From assembly GCA_963796135.1 (NCBI GenBank), contig CAWCKK010000011.1:72140-136139 (forward strand): a DNA stretch of 64,000 bases. Direction: 5' to 3'. The number at the start of each line of letters is the position of its first letter. Position 1 is the first letter of the stretch. Origin of the DNA: an uncultured Acidobacteriota bacterium (GTDB lineage: Bacteria > Chlamydiota > Chlamydiia > Chlamydiales > Rhabdochlamydiaceae). Positions 32,435-43,841 of this stretch are shown piece by piece. Made by a program: the position numbers and the translations under genes. The notes under the pieces are model-generated. The model made no database searches and had not been told where the DNA came from. It saw nothing but the letters and a program-made list of their open reading frames with translations.

Positions 32435-35400
32435 ATGAAGATGGACAAAACCCAAAAAAAGATCCAAGAGGCAGCCGAGCGTTTTTGGAAAAAGAGCCTT
32501 GAGGGGGCCGATTTTCTACTGGAGCTGCCAAAAACAAGCACACAACTCAGGGAAGATCAGAGGATGCCGAAATCTCTGCTGACTACAGCTTTGGCCAAAC
32601 AGCTGCGGGCTTTTGCAAAAAAAGAGAAAATCGATCTATCTAACGTCCTCCAGAGTGCGTTTGCAGGATTTCTTTACCGCTATACGATGCAAGAGGATTT
32701 TGTGATTGGTTTTTCTGTCGATAGGGGACCATCCCGATGCGTTTTCAGATCCAATCCGATCAGAGCTTTAAGGATGTCTTGGATTCTGTGAGTTTTGCAA
32801 GGAAGCATCGAGGCCCCTCCTTTGGTGGAGTCTCTTTTCAATGTCTGTTTTTCTATGCAAGACATCGGGGATAAGAAGTTTGATCTTTCCTTAGCGGTTT
32901 GGCAAGAATCCGACAAGATCTGCTTTAAGTTTGCCTTCCCGCTTTCTACGCAGAGTCGTGAATTTATCGAGAGGATGGCTGAAAATTTTCAGCTCTTTCT
33001 TAAACAAGTGCTCACCTATCCCAAAAAAAAGATCTCCCTTTTAGAGCTTGTGACAAGAAAAGAAAAGCAGAAGCTTCTTAAGTTGGCCCCAGGTCCCAAA
33101 ACGGCCTATCCGCGCAACAAAAGCGTTGTTAGTGTTTTTGAAGAGGTTGCCGCAAAATACCCCAAAAATACGGCGATGCGCTTTTTAGATGGACAATTGA
33201 GCTATAAGGAGCTCAATGAAAAGGCCAACCAATTGGCGCGCCACTTGCAAAAGATGGGGGTGAAAAAGCAAGATTTCGTAGGGATTTATTTAGACAGGTC
33301 GATCGATTTATTTGTGGGGATTTTAGGGATCTTGAAGGCAGGGGCTATCTATGTTCCGATCGACGCGAGCTATCCTATGGAAAGAAAGCTATATATGATC
33401 AAAGACACAGGGTTAAAAATCGTCATCACAGCTGCCCCTTTTGTCGAGCAGTTCCCTAAACTCCGCTTCTTATTCTTGAAACAGATCGACCTTTCTCCTT
33501 ACCCAAAGACCAATCTCAAACTCAAAATCAAACCGCTAGATTTGGCTTTTGTCAACTACACATCCGGCACAACGGGAAATCCCGAAAGGAGTGCAACTCT
33601 ATCATCGCTGTATCAACCGCCTTGTCACAGCTCCAAGCTGGGCTAGTTTTTCAGCCGATGATCGATTTTTACAGATTTCAAATATCTCCTTCGATGTTCT
33701 CGTGCATGAGCTTTGGGGTGCTTTTTTAAATGGAGCGACTCTTTGCATTTACCCACAGATCAAACTCTCGCCTGATGAACTGGGCAAATTTATAGTAAAA
33801 GAAAAAGTGACACAAATTGTGTTTACATCCCGTTTATTTATCTTAATGGTCGAGGAAGCGCTTGAGTCTTTAAAAGGGGTGCGCTGCATTTGTTCTGTCG
33901 GCGATGTGATGTCAGCTAAACACGCAAAAATAGCCTTCGAGAACCTTCCCTTTCGCCAGATCATCAATGCATGTGGTCATACAGAAAATACAACGCATAC
34001 CACGGCTTATCCGATTTTCGACACAAAGCCTATAGAACAGGAAGTTCCGATTGGCCGCCCTATTGGACACACCTCTATCTATATTTTAGATCGCAACAGG
34101 CAGCTTGTCCCCTTTGGCGCAAATGGAGAACTTTGCACTGGAGGAGATGGCCTTGCCAAAGGGTATCTGCATCGGAAGGAATTGACCTCTGAAAAGTTCA
34201 TCCCCAATCCTTTTGGCAAGGGGCGCCTTTATCGCACAGGGGACCTTGTCCGCTATCTGCCAGATGGGAATCTTTCTTTTTTGGGAAGGATCAATACCCA
34301 GGTGAAAATTCGAGGGTTCCGCATCTGAGCTCAACGAAGTCGAAGAGGTGATTCGGGTCTTTCCAAGGGTTTCCGATTGCATTGCAATGGCGCGCGAAGA
34401 TGTCCCGGGAAATAAACAGCTGGTCGCTTATGTGGAGACAAAACGCAAGAAAAAAATCGATGCGGAAGAGCTTAAGAAATGGGTCAGCTCGAAACTTCCC
34501 TCTTTTATGGTTCCGAGCTTCTTTGTCATCCTCGAAAGATTTCCCATGACCCCGAATGGAAAAGTAGATCGCAAATCTCTAAAGGCTCCAGTGATGCGTG
34601 AGGTAAAGGAATTCTCTTTTAAAACAGAAACCCAAAAAACTATTGCCGGCATCTGGTTGCACGTCTTGCATCAAAAGGCGATCGATCGCAATGACCACTT
34701 CTTTAAGATGGGAGGGGACTCGATCCAAGCGATGCAGGTCGCCTCTCAAATCAAAAAGACGCTTCACTGCGAGATTTCGGCAGGGGCTTTATTTGAACAT
34801 CCGATTCTAGCCGATTTAGCTGAGCAAGTCGACTCTCTTAAAAAGGCAAAGGCCCAAACCATTCCTAAAAGAGACCATTTTTCTCCTGTTTGCCTTTCTT
34901 TAAACCAAGAATCGCTGTGGTTGATGGACAAGCTCAATCCCCACTCCAAGTTGCAGTACATGGTTCTTTATGCCTATCGACTCAAGGGAAAGATCGATGT
35001 GCCTAAGTTGAAAAAGGCGTTGGAAAAGATGATAGAGCGCCATGAAATCCTGCGTACGCGTTTTATCGAAAAAGATGGGGAAACTTTGCAGTCGATTGAA
35101 CCTGAGAGTCAAGACTTTTTTATTGAACTGAAGGCAAAAAATGAAGCCCAAGCTCTTGCAGTCATGAATGAAAAGTTAGCGCTCGGTATGGATTTGAGTC
35201 GGTTGCCTCTTTTCCAGGTTTTGCTTATTGGAGTAAGGCAGGATCTGTACTTGATGGGTATCCGGGTCCACCACATCCTTTTCGACGTTCTGTCTTACGA
35301 GAATCTTTTTAAGGAATGGAATGCTCTTTATGCATCCAAGCAGGTGCCGGACCTTCCCATTCAATACGCAGATTATGCCCTATGGCAAAGAAAGTGGGTG

Positions 35401-38400
35401 AAAAGCCAAGAAGTGCAAAAGCAGCTTGAGTATTGGAAAAAGCAGCTTGAAGGCTCTCCTGAAATTCTAGAGCTCCCCTGGGATAAGCCAAGACCACCGC
35501 TGTTTTTTGGCAATGGTGCAAATCAGACGGCTCTGTTTTCAAAGGGATTGAGCGATGCTCTCAAGGAGCTTGCCAGAAAACAGGGTGTCACTCTCTACGT
35601 TCTTCTCTTTGCAGCTTTCAAGGTGTTCCTCCACCGCTTTAGCGGCCAAGAGCAGATCGTTGTAGGTACGCCCTTTGCTAACCGGACGAGGCAGGAATTA
35701 GATCCTTTGATCGGTTATTTCCTCCAGATGTTCATCATCCGATCCGATTGTTCTGACAACCCCTGCTTTTCTACCTTTTTATCCCATTTAAACCGTTTGA
35801 TGACGCAGAGTTATAAAAATTCTGACGTCCCTTTAGAAATGATTGTGAATGCATTAAACCCCTTGCGAGATCCTAGCTTTAGTCCTCTTTTTCAAGTGCT
35901 CTTTGTGTTTGAGAACATTACAGGATCTCAAAAGCTATTTGCGGGAGCTGAGCTTGAAGCCCTTGTGTTTGAGACAAAGACTTCCAAATTTGATTTGAGT
36001 CTTTTTATTTTTGATACAGAAGAGGGGCTTGAGTGTCGATTTGAATATTGCACAGATCTTTTTGAGAAAGAGACGATAGAAAGGATGCTTTCCCATTTTC
36101 ATCTTCTTTTAAAAAGCATTGTCAAAGAGCCCAAAGCAAAAATTGCCTCGTTGCCCCTCCTTTCTCCAAAGCAAAACCATCTCATCACCGTCGATTGGAA
36201 TAAGACCGGGTCTAAGTATCCTAAAAATAAAGCCGTGCCTGCTCTTTTTGAAGAAATTGTCGAAAAATTCCCTGGCCAGGAGGCGGTATGCTTTCAGGGC
36301 AAATCGATGAGCTACCTCCAGCTCAATGAGAGGGGAAACCAATTGGCCCGCCATTTACAAAAATTAGGGGTTCAAAAACGCGATTTTGTCGGTGTTTACT
36401 TGGAGCGCTCCGATGCGTTAATTATTGTCATCTTGGGAATTTTAAAAGCAGGAGCAGTTTATGTCCCTATTGATGCCAGCTACCCCATGGAGCGAAAGCT
36501 ATATATGATCGAGCATACCGGATTAAAAGTTCTGATTAGCCATCGATTGTTTACGCAACAATTTCCGAGGGAAAAACTGCATGTCATCGATTTCAAACCA
36601 GAAGATTTTACAGAATACGCTAGCTCTAACCTTAACGTGCAGATCGATCCGAAGGATTTAGCCTATATCAATTACACCTCTGGTTCTACCGGTAAGCCCA
36701 AGGGAGTGGAATACACCCATCTTGGGATTGTCCGCCTTCTTAAAACCCCGACTTGGATGCAGATTGCTCGCAATGACAGGATGCTTCAAATATCGAATAT
36801 CTCCTTTGATATGCTGGCAGCTGAGGTCTGGGGTGCTCTTTTAAATGGGGCAACCGTTTGCATTTACCCTCAAACGGAATTTTCTCCGGAGGAGTTGGGG
36901 AAATTTCTCGTGAATGAAAAAGTGTCTCACCTGTACTTGACTGCTCGATTATTTGTTCTGATGGTGGAAGAGGGGCTAGAGTACATGAAAAAAGTGAAGT
37001 TCTTCTCATCGACAGGAGATGTGATCTCAGCGCATCACGCAGCAGTTGCCTTTGAGAAACTGCCCCACTGTCGGATCGTCAATGCTTACGGGCCGACAGA
37101 AGGCCACATTACAACCACCTACACCCTCGATTCTAATGCGCCTTTTGTTCCCATTGGGCGCCCTGTACAAGGGACTCAAGTCTATATTCTCGATTCCCAT
37201 TTTCAGCCTGTTCCCGTCGGAGTTCATGGGGAACTATGCATAGGTGGGGATGGGCTTGCTAAGGGGTATTTAAACGACCGTGAGCGCACAGATGAAAAGT
37301 TCATTCCCAATCCTTTTGGGCCTGGCAAACTCTACCGAACAGGGGATTTGGTCTGCTATCTTCCCGATGGAAACATCCAATTCTTGGGGAGGATCGATAC
37401 GCAGGTGAAAATTTTGGGCTTTCGGATTGAGCTCGATGAGGTCGAGGATGTGATCCGAGAATATCCCAAAATTTCCGATTGCATTGCCATTGCCGAAAGA
37501 GTATCAATCAACCAAAACAAAAAGCACTTGGTCTATACATCGAACCAAAAGAGGGGAGCAAGAGCTCACTTTGGATGAAATCTACGCACCTATGTGGTTT
37601 CTCAAATCCTCCCAAAACACTCTGTCCCGAGTTATTTTGTCATCCTCGATAAAATTTCCCCCTACCCCCTAATGGCAAAGTCGATAAAAGAAAATCCTCC
37701 GTTACCTACAGCAGGTCTAGAAAAAAAGAGCCTTCACACCTCCTGCAACACAGACGGAAAACCGCGTTGCAAAAAAATCTGGTCTCATCTTTTAAAAAAT
37801 TCCCAAAATCAGCAGGCAGGACAACTTTTTTCATATCGGCGGCCATTCTATTCTCGCTATGCAGCTAAAACTCGATTCGTCAAAAAAGAATTCGATATAT
37901 AATTTCCTGTGTGCTCCCGCTTTCGAACACTCCACTCTTGAGAAATATGCCAATAGAATCGATCAAATCAAAGGAAAAGGAGGGCAGTTGCTTTCTTTGC
38001 TAGAGCCATTTGTCGCCTGGCGCGATAAAGAATCTATCCTCTACCCCTCCATCAACTCCAAAGGGTGCATGCCTGTAGCTAAAACGCAGTACACCCATCC
38101 TAAAAAGATCTTCCTGACGGGAGCTACAGGTTTTGTCGGTGCTTTTTTTCTGAAGGAGCTGATTGAAAATACGGAGGCTAAAATCTATTCGTCTATGTCG
38201 GGCTAAATCCCAAGAGGAAGCGCTAGAGCGTCTAAGGAAACTCTTGCAACCTACCTGATTTGGAAGCCTGCGTACACAAAACGGATTGAAGCGGTTGCAG
38301 GACACCTCGAAGAGCCCCTTTTGGGACTTAAGCCAAAAGAGTTTCAGGCCCTTGCTTGCCAAATCGACTCGATCTTCCACATCGGAGCCTTTGTCAACCA

Positions 38401-39202
38401 CGCCATGTCTTATGAGCAGCATAAGCCGGCTAATGTCCTTGGCACGCAAGAAGTTTTAAGATTAGCGAGCACGCATCGTTTAAAACCTGTGCATTTTATC
38501 TCTACTGTCGCTGTTGTTGAGGGGATCAAAACAATGCCGGTTCCAGAAGATGTCGACATCGAAAAAAGCCAAGCGATCCAAAGCGGCTATGTGCAAAGCA
38601 AATGGGTAGGTGAAAAGCTTATCCTGATTGCAAGATCCAGGGGAATTCCCTGCAATATTTTCCGATTGCCGAGAGTAAGCGGCGATTCTAAAATCGGCTC
38701 TGGCCCAACCGCAGATTTTTTCTGGCGCTGGATTCAGGCCTCCCTAAGCCTCAAAATGGCTCCCCAAGTGGATTTTTACGATGATCTGACCCCTGTCGAT
38801 TACATCTGTCAAGCCATGCGCATCATTTCCACTCAACCTGCATGGATCCACTCGCAGTTTCATCTTGTCAGTCCCTATCGGCTATCTTATCTAGACGCTT
38901 TCAAGTTTTTGAGAAAGTGGGGGTATTCCTTTGTATTCACCCCTTTCAACACATGGAAAAAAACATTAGTGGATCGCTCTATTCAAACCGGCGACACTCG
39001 GTTGCAAGCATTGGCAGCTCTTGTCGCAGATCTGGATTTTTCTCAAACCGCCCCAGCCCTTACTCTTGCCTCTGATCACTTGCACGCAGCCCTGAAGGGA
39101 TCGGGCCTTAAATGTCCAAAAGTTACTGAGGCTCTTTTTAAGAAATATGTCAATTATTATGTCAAAATAGGCTACTTGCCTTGTTCAAGGAAAGCTCCAT
39201 AA
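32435..39202 (+). CDS. Two-module non-ribosomal peptide synthetase: truncated C - A - T - C - A - T - thioester reductase (many apparent frameshifts)
   Basis: A motifs YTSGTTG/YTSGSTGKPKG, GELC, LYRTGDL, QVKIRGFRI, PNGKVDR; T motifs FFKMGGDS and FFHIGGHS (frame at ~37820); C motif HHILFD; R motifs FLTGATGFVG and YVQSKW. Confidence 0.9.
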
Positions 39203-39204
39203 GA

Positions 39205-39363
39205 CCGGGCTTTAGCACTTGCTCGGTGCCGCCTTCACCTTTAGAGGCATCCGGATTGAATTGATTTTTAAATGGTGACATTTCAAGTCGACCATTTAAA
39301 AATCAATTCAATCCGGATGCCTCTATTTAGTGAAATCAGCTCCCTCCAATGGATACAAGTCCA
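39205..39363. repeat. Palindromic repeat family copy interrupted at its centre by a perfect 35-bp inverted repeat (39242-39325)
   Basis: TAGAGGCATCCGGATTGAATTGATTTTTAAATGGT at 39242-39276 is the exact reverse complement of 39291-39325; the flanks match the left and right halves of the repeat family. Confidence 0.8.
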
Positions 39364-40442
39364 TTAAGAGGATCAATATCCGAGATGCTGCCGCCGCCAA
39401 GGCAGGTATTGCCTTGGTAAAAGACAATCGATTGACGGGAGGTGACAGCGCGCTGCGGTTTTAGAAACCGGACGTTTGCAACCCCTCCTTCGATGCTTTC
39501 AATCAGACAGGGCTGTTCTTCTTGGCGGTAGCGCACCTTGGCAGCGCAAAGATAGGGAAGGGGAGATGGGGGTTGGCCAGCGACCCAGCTTAATTCTGTT
39601 GCCCAAAGTTGGCTTTTGTAGAGGCAAGGGTGGTCTTGGCCCTGTTCGACGAAGACAACGTTGCGCTTCACATCTTTTCCGATGACAAACCATGCTTGCC
39701 CAGGGCCGCCGATGCAGAGGCCTTTGCGCTGGCCAATGGTGTAAAAGGCGATCCCATCGTGAGTGCCTACAATTTTGCCGCTTAGAGTTTCAAAGCTGCC
39801 AGGTTTATAGCCGAGGTAGCCTTTAGTAAACTCTTTAAAGTCGCGCTTGCCGATGAAGCAAATTCCGGTGCTATCTTTTTTTGCAGATGTTGCAAGGCCG
39901 TGATCTTGAGCAATTTTTCTCACCTCTGATTTCAGCATGTGTCCAATGGGAAAAAGCACTTTCTTTAGTTGCGGCACGCCGAGGGTGTACAAAAAATAGC
40001 TCTGATCTTTATGGGGGTCGAGCCCTTTGAGAAGCTGAGGCTGATCTCCCTCTGTTTTTTGGCAGTAGTGGCCGGTTGCTAAACAATCTGCGCCTAAGCT
40101 CACAGCTTTTTCCAAAAAAGCTTTAAATTTAATTTCCCGGTTGCAGAGAATATCAGGGTTAGGAGTGTGGCCCTCTGAGAGCTCTGCAAGAAACTGGGCA
40201 AAGACTTGCTCTTTGTATTCTTTGACAAAGTTCACTGAGTAGTAAGGGATATCGATTTGCTCGCAGACTTTGACCACATCTTCATAGTCGCGCACAGAGG
40301 TGCAGACGCCATCTTGCCCCGTCTCTTCCCAATTCTTCATGAACATGCCGATCACGTCAAAACCTAGCTTCTTGAGCAATAAAGCAGATACTGAGGAATC
40401 AACACCCCCCGACATCCCGACCACAACTGTTTGCTGAGCCAT
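39336..40442 (-). CDS. mnmA: tRNA 2-thiouridylase
   Basis: SGGVDSS, TPNPDILCN, ATGHY, KDQSYFL and STGICFIG motifs. Confidence 0.97.
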   Translation of the reverse strand: MAQQTVVVGMSGGVDSSVSALLLKKLGFDVIGMFMKNWEETGQDGVCTSVRDYEDVVKVCEQIDIPYYSVNFVKEYKEQVFAQFLAELSEGHTPNPDILCNREIKFKAFLEKAVSLGADCLATGHYCQKTEGDQPQLLKGLDPHKDQSYFLYTLGVPQLKKVLFPIGHMLKSEVRKIAQDHGLATSAKKDSTGICFIGKRDFKEFTKGYLGYKPGSFETLSGKIVGTHDGIAFYTIGQRKGLCIGGPGQAWFVIGKDVKRNVVFVEQGQDHPCLYKSQLWATELSWVAGQPPSPLPYLCAAKVRYRQEEQPCLIESIEGGVANVRFLKPQRAVTSRQSIVFYQGNTCLGGGSISDIDPLNGLVSIGGS

Positions 40443-40556
40443 GCTTATCTATCCCCATGCTGCTTTGGCCAGCCATTGTCTCAAGAGCTGTATTTTTCTA
40501 ACACTTAAATGAAAATGTTAAAAAAATATTTTTATTTAGAATTTTTTGAGCCTTTT

Positions 40557-41657
40557 TCAAAAATCTAAGCGGAAATCGAGGGTGAGTCCCTGCAGGCTGA
40601 GGTCTTCAGAGGCTCTCTGAAAGGCAGGGGTGTCGAGATCGAGGGTGGGCAGCTGGTTCTGCCGCCAGAAGTAGCGGTTTTCGTAGCCGGCTTTGATGAG
40701 GAGGTGGTAGCGGTCTGCTTTGAGGTTGGTTTCGTAGGCGATCCCCAGGCCCAAAGCCATCGCGGGCACTGTGCGGTTGAGATTGTAGTTAAGGTTGTAG
40801 ATTTCTAACGATTCGGTTTTGTTGTCCTGCTTTTCTCGGATGTCAAAATGGGCAAAGAGAAGATCACAGGAGGCGTTTGCATAGAGGCTCCAATGCGGGC
40901 AGAAAGCAAATTGGGTATCGACCCCAAGGCGGGGACCAATGCCCCAAAAGTCATTTTCGCTTTTCAGTGCGATCTGATTGTTTACATTAGAGGTGAACTG
41001 GCAATGGCGCCTCTGTTGGATCCAGGCGGTGGCCAATGCAAAAAAGGGATGGAAGGATAGGAACTTGCTCACAAAAAAGCCTCTGCCGACAACGGCGCAC
41101 AAGTCGTAGAAAGAGACTTTCCAGTGCCCCTTAGCCTGGATGAGGTCGAGTGATGGGTCGCCGGTGAGCGGCAGAAGGTTATTCGAGCTTAAAGAAAGGC
41201 GGGCGCGGGTTTGATAATAAGTAAACCCAAGGGCGATGTCCCAGTTATCGTAATCTAAGAGGTAACCAGCGCCGATTTTAAAGCCGGGGGCCCAGTTGAA
41301 GTGGAAATCTTCGATCTTCCCTTGGGAAGGAGGGGTTGTTCTGCTGTTTTTGTCTTCGAAGACAAACTCTGCGCCTGCTTCATAGAGCTTCCACCACAAA
41401 AAATCTGCAGTGACAAAAATTCCATAGCCATCGATTTGGGGTTGGGCGGGGGCTGTCCTCGGGCCGAAGTTGCCGTAGGCGTTTTCCGCTCTTATTTTCT
41501 CCACTTGGGTTTCGAGCCGATCCACGCGTGTCTCAAGAGGGGTAGCATCGCAATGTCCGAAGGTGGTCATCAGCAGAGCTGCGCATGCGGACGAAAGGGA
41601 CATTTTGAATGTGTTCAAATCCATCTCAAACCTTGCGTTAAAAGTCGAACGTCGCAT
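40557..41657 (-). CDS. MOMP-like beta-barrel outer membrane protein
   Basis: ADFLWWK, FNWAPGFKIG, FWGIGPRLG and GYE motifs; terminal LSLQGLTLDFRLDF. Confidence 0.78.
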   Translation of the reverse strand: MRRSTFNARFEMDLNTFKMSLSSACAALLMTTFGHCDATPLETRVDRLETQVEKIRAENAYGNFGPRTAPAQPQIDGYGIFVTADFLWWKLYEAGAEFVFEDKNSRTTPPSQGKIEDFHFNWAPGFKIGAGYLLDYDNWDIALGFTYYQTRARLSLSSNNLLPLTGDPSLDLIQAKGHWKVSFYDLCAVVGRGFFVSKFLSFHPFFALATAWIQQRRHCQFTSNVNNQIALKSENDFWGIGPRLGVDTQFAFCPHWSLYANASCDLLFAHFDIREKQDNKTESLEIYNLNYNLNRTVPAMALGLGIAYETNLKADRYHLLIKAGYENRYFWRQNQLPTLDLDTPAFQRASEDLSLQGLTLDFRLDF

Positions 41658-42693
41658 TTACAGTTAGCCCTTGCAGGCTCAAATCCTCTGAAAATCGCTC
41701 AAATCTCTCAAAGGGAAAAAAGGAGAAACGGGGAAGTTGATTTTGATTCCAAAAGTATTGATTTTCAAAAGCTGCGCTGCAAGCAATGCGGTACTTATTG
41801 TGATAGATGTTTGTCTCATATCCAATCCCTAGCTTCAATTGGGCAGCTGGCACAACTTGATGAGTGTCCAGGTGGAGATGAGAGGATCCAGTTTGCCCTT
41901 GTCTCACAGTGAAAGCACCCCAGAGCAAAGAGCCAGCGCCTTCCGCCAGAAAGTGAAGCCCGGAGGCAATAAACCATTTTCCCTGCATGCTTAATAGAGG
42001 ACCGATTCCAAAAAACCCATTTTCTCCTCTTATGTTCAGCTGACCGGCAAAAGGGGGGATAAGAGCGCTCTTTGTATGGATATGCTGGGAGATCCAAGCG
42101 GATTGGATGCCTGCGCAGGGGTGGAAGCTGAGCTTTGGGCTGATGAAGTAGCTCTGCCCTAGCTTAAGATCCAGGGTGTAAAAATGGATCTTCCAGTCGG
42201 TTTTTACAAAAGAGGCAAAGAGGGGAGGGATGGCATTTAAGGGGATGAGAAATTGGCCGCCAGCAGAGGTGGCTGTTTTGGAATGGTGTGTGCGAAACCA
42301 GGTGAAATCAGCAGACAAATCCCACTTATTGCTTTCAAAGACCGTTCCTATTCCACAGCGAAAGCCTAGGTCCCACTCAAATGCCAGGCGGTGGTTGCGG
42401 ACGGTATTTTCCGGAACGCTTCCAGGAATCCCTTGGAAGCTTTGAGCGATATCTGTTCCCCCTTGATTGGCATGCCACCATAGGAGATCTGCTGAGAAAA
42501 ACCAATTTTCCCCTGAGATAGGAGGGGCTGCGGAAGCCACTTTAGCCGCATAATTTCCTTGGAGAGTTTTTGTGCTCAGCTCGCTCATTTGGGTCTCTAA
42601 AATGCTCAAGCGGGAATTGATGTCATCATCTGCGCAAAAACCGGAGCGACAGGCGAAAAAACAAAGAGAGAGAAAGATTTTTTTCATCTTCAA
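41638..42693 (-). CDS. MOMP-like beta-barrel outer membrane protein
   Basis: Signal peptide, ADLLWW, FEWDLGFR and FFGIGP motifs; terminal LSLQGLTVNATFDF. Confidence 0.78.
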   Translation of the reverse strand: MKMKKIFLSLCFFACRSGFCADDDINSRLSILETQMSELSTKTLQGNYAAKVASAAPPISGENWFFSADLLWWHANQGGTDIAQSFQGIPGSVPENTVRNHRLAFEWDLGFRCGIGTVFESNKWDLSADFTWFRTHHSKTATSAGGQFLIPLNAIPPLFASFVKTDWKIHFYTLDLKLGQSYFISPKLSFHPCAGIQSAWISQHIHTKSALIPPFAGQLNIRGENGFFGIGPLLSMQGKWFIASGLHFLAEGAGSLLWGAFTVRQGQTGSSHLHLDTHQVVPAAQLKLGIGYETNIYHNKYRIACSAAFENQYFWNQNQLPRFSFFPFERFERFSEDLSLQGLTVNATFDF

Positions 42694-43751
42694 AAATCAA
42701 ACCTCATTTCCAATGTGGCACCATTTAAGGATAAATCCATCGATTCATGGGCAAAGCTTCCTTCTGTAAACTGCTGCTCGTTGAGAAACTGGTTTTGGCG
42801 CCACCAGTATTGAAATTCATAGCCGAGTTGGATGCTCAAATGGAATTGATCTTGGCACAGATTTGACTCCCAGCCAAAATTTAAGGTCATTTGCACATTC
42901 GGAAGAGGGCGATGCAGTCCGCTGCTTAAGTCAACTTGGGCGATGTTGCTCCCTGTCGAAAGGAGGGTTTCACTCAAATGGTCATCAAATTGGCCCCATT
43001 GCAAAGAGCTATTGAGCGCGCTCATCAAGTAGAAATGGGAGTTGAAAGAAAAAGTGCCTTGGATCCCTGCCCTTGGGCCTATCCCGAAAAAGTTGTTCTT
43101 CCCATAGATGTTTTCTCCAAAGATACCGGTCGTCGGATCTGGATCTGTTCGGATCCAGTAGCGTCTGCGCTGGTATATCCAAGCGCTCTCTATTCCCACT
43201 TGAGGCCGAAAGCTTAAAAAGCGGTTTACGAAAAAGCTTCTTCCAAGCTCTAGATCCAGCACGTAGTAGTGGACATTCCAATGGGCTCGGATGCTGTTTG
43301 CAGCGTTCGGCAGTCCAAAGCCTTTGAGCGGAGATAGGCCATCCACACCTAAGCTGCGGGTCGAATCAGAAGCTTGCGTCTGAAACCAGGTGAAATTCAC
43401 ATACCAATCCCACCTGTCGTGCTCCATGTGGTAGCCGGCCCCTGTCCTAAAGCCAAAGCTCCAATCAAAATGGCTGTGCGCTGCCTTCGCATGGGTTGGC
43501 GATAGGGAAAGGGAGTAATCAGAGCCCCCTTCTTTGAGTTGCCAACACAAAAGATCTGCTGTTGCAAAAAAACCGTAGCCATCTATCGATGGACTTGCCG
43601 AGGCGAATCTAACGCCTGTTGTGTTTTCCACGGTTTGGTTTTTGATCGCCGCAAGGCGCGACTCCAAAGAAGAGACACGCGATAGTTGATCGCCATTGCA
43701 CCGATGGGCTGCTGTGAGGAAAAGGGCTAAAATTAACAGTTGCTTAATCAT
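42690..43751 (-). CDS. MOMP-like beta-barrel outer membrane protein
   Basis: Signal peptide, FDWSFGFRTG, FFGIGPRAG and GYEFQYWWRQNQ motifs; terminal MRFDF. Confidence 0.78.
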   Translation of the reverse strand: MIKQLLILALFLTAAHRCNGDQLSRVSSLESRLAAIKNQTVENTTGVRFASASPSIDGYGFFATADLLCWQLKEGGSDYSLSLSPTHAKAAHSHFDWSFGFRTGAGYHMEHDRWDWYVNFTWFQTQASDSTRSLGVDGLSPLKGFGLPNAANSIRAHWNVHYYVLDLELGRSFFVNRFLSFRPQVGIESAWIYQRRRYWIRTDPDPTTGIFGENIYGKNNFFGIGPRAGIQGTFSFNSHFYLMSALNSSLQWGQFDDHLSETLLSTGSNIAQVDLSSGLHRPLPNVQMTLNFGWESNLCQDQFHLSIQLGYEFQYWWRQNQFLNEQQFTEGSFAHESMDLSLNGATLEMRFDF

Positions 43752-43841
43752 TATTTTTTGGAATTTTACAGTAGCTTCCGAATTTTAAGCATTAAAATTT
43801 TCCAATGGAGTAGGATGTTCTCCAAATTTTGAGGGGTTTAT

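Noticed and set aside
32435-39202. NRPS as several separate genes, a pseudogene or a programmed-frameshift system
   Set aside because: Breaks fall inside conserved domains, and similar indels hit essential genes, so sequencing error is the simplest explanation; read-level confirmation is still needed
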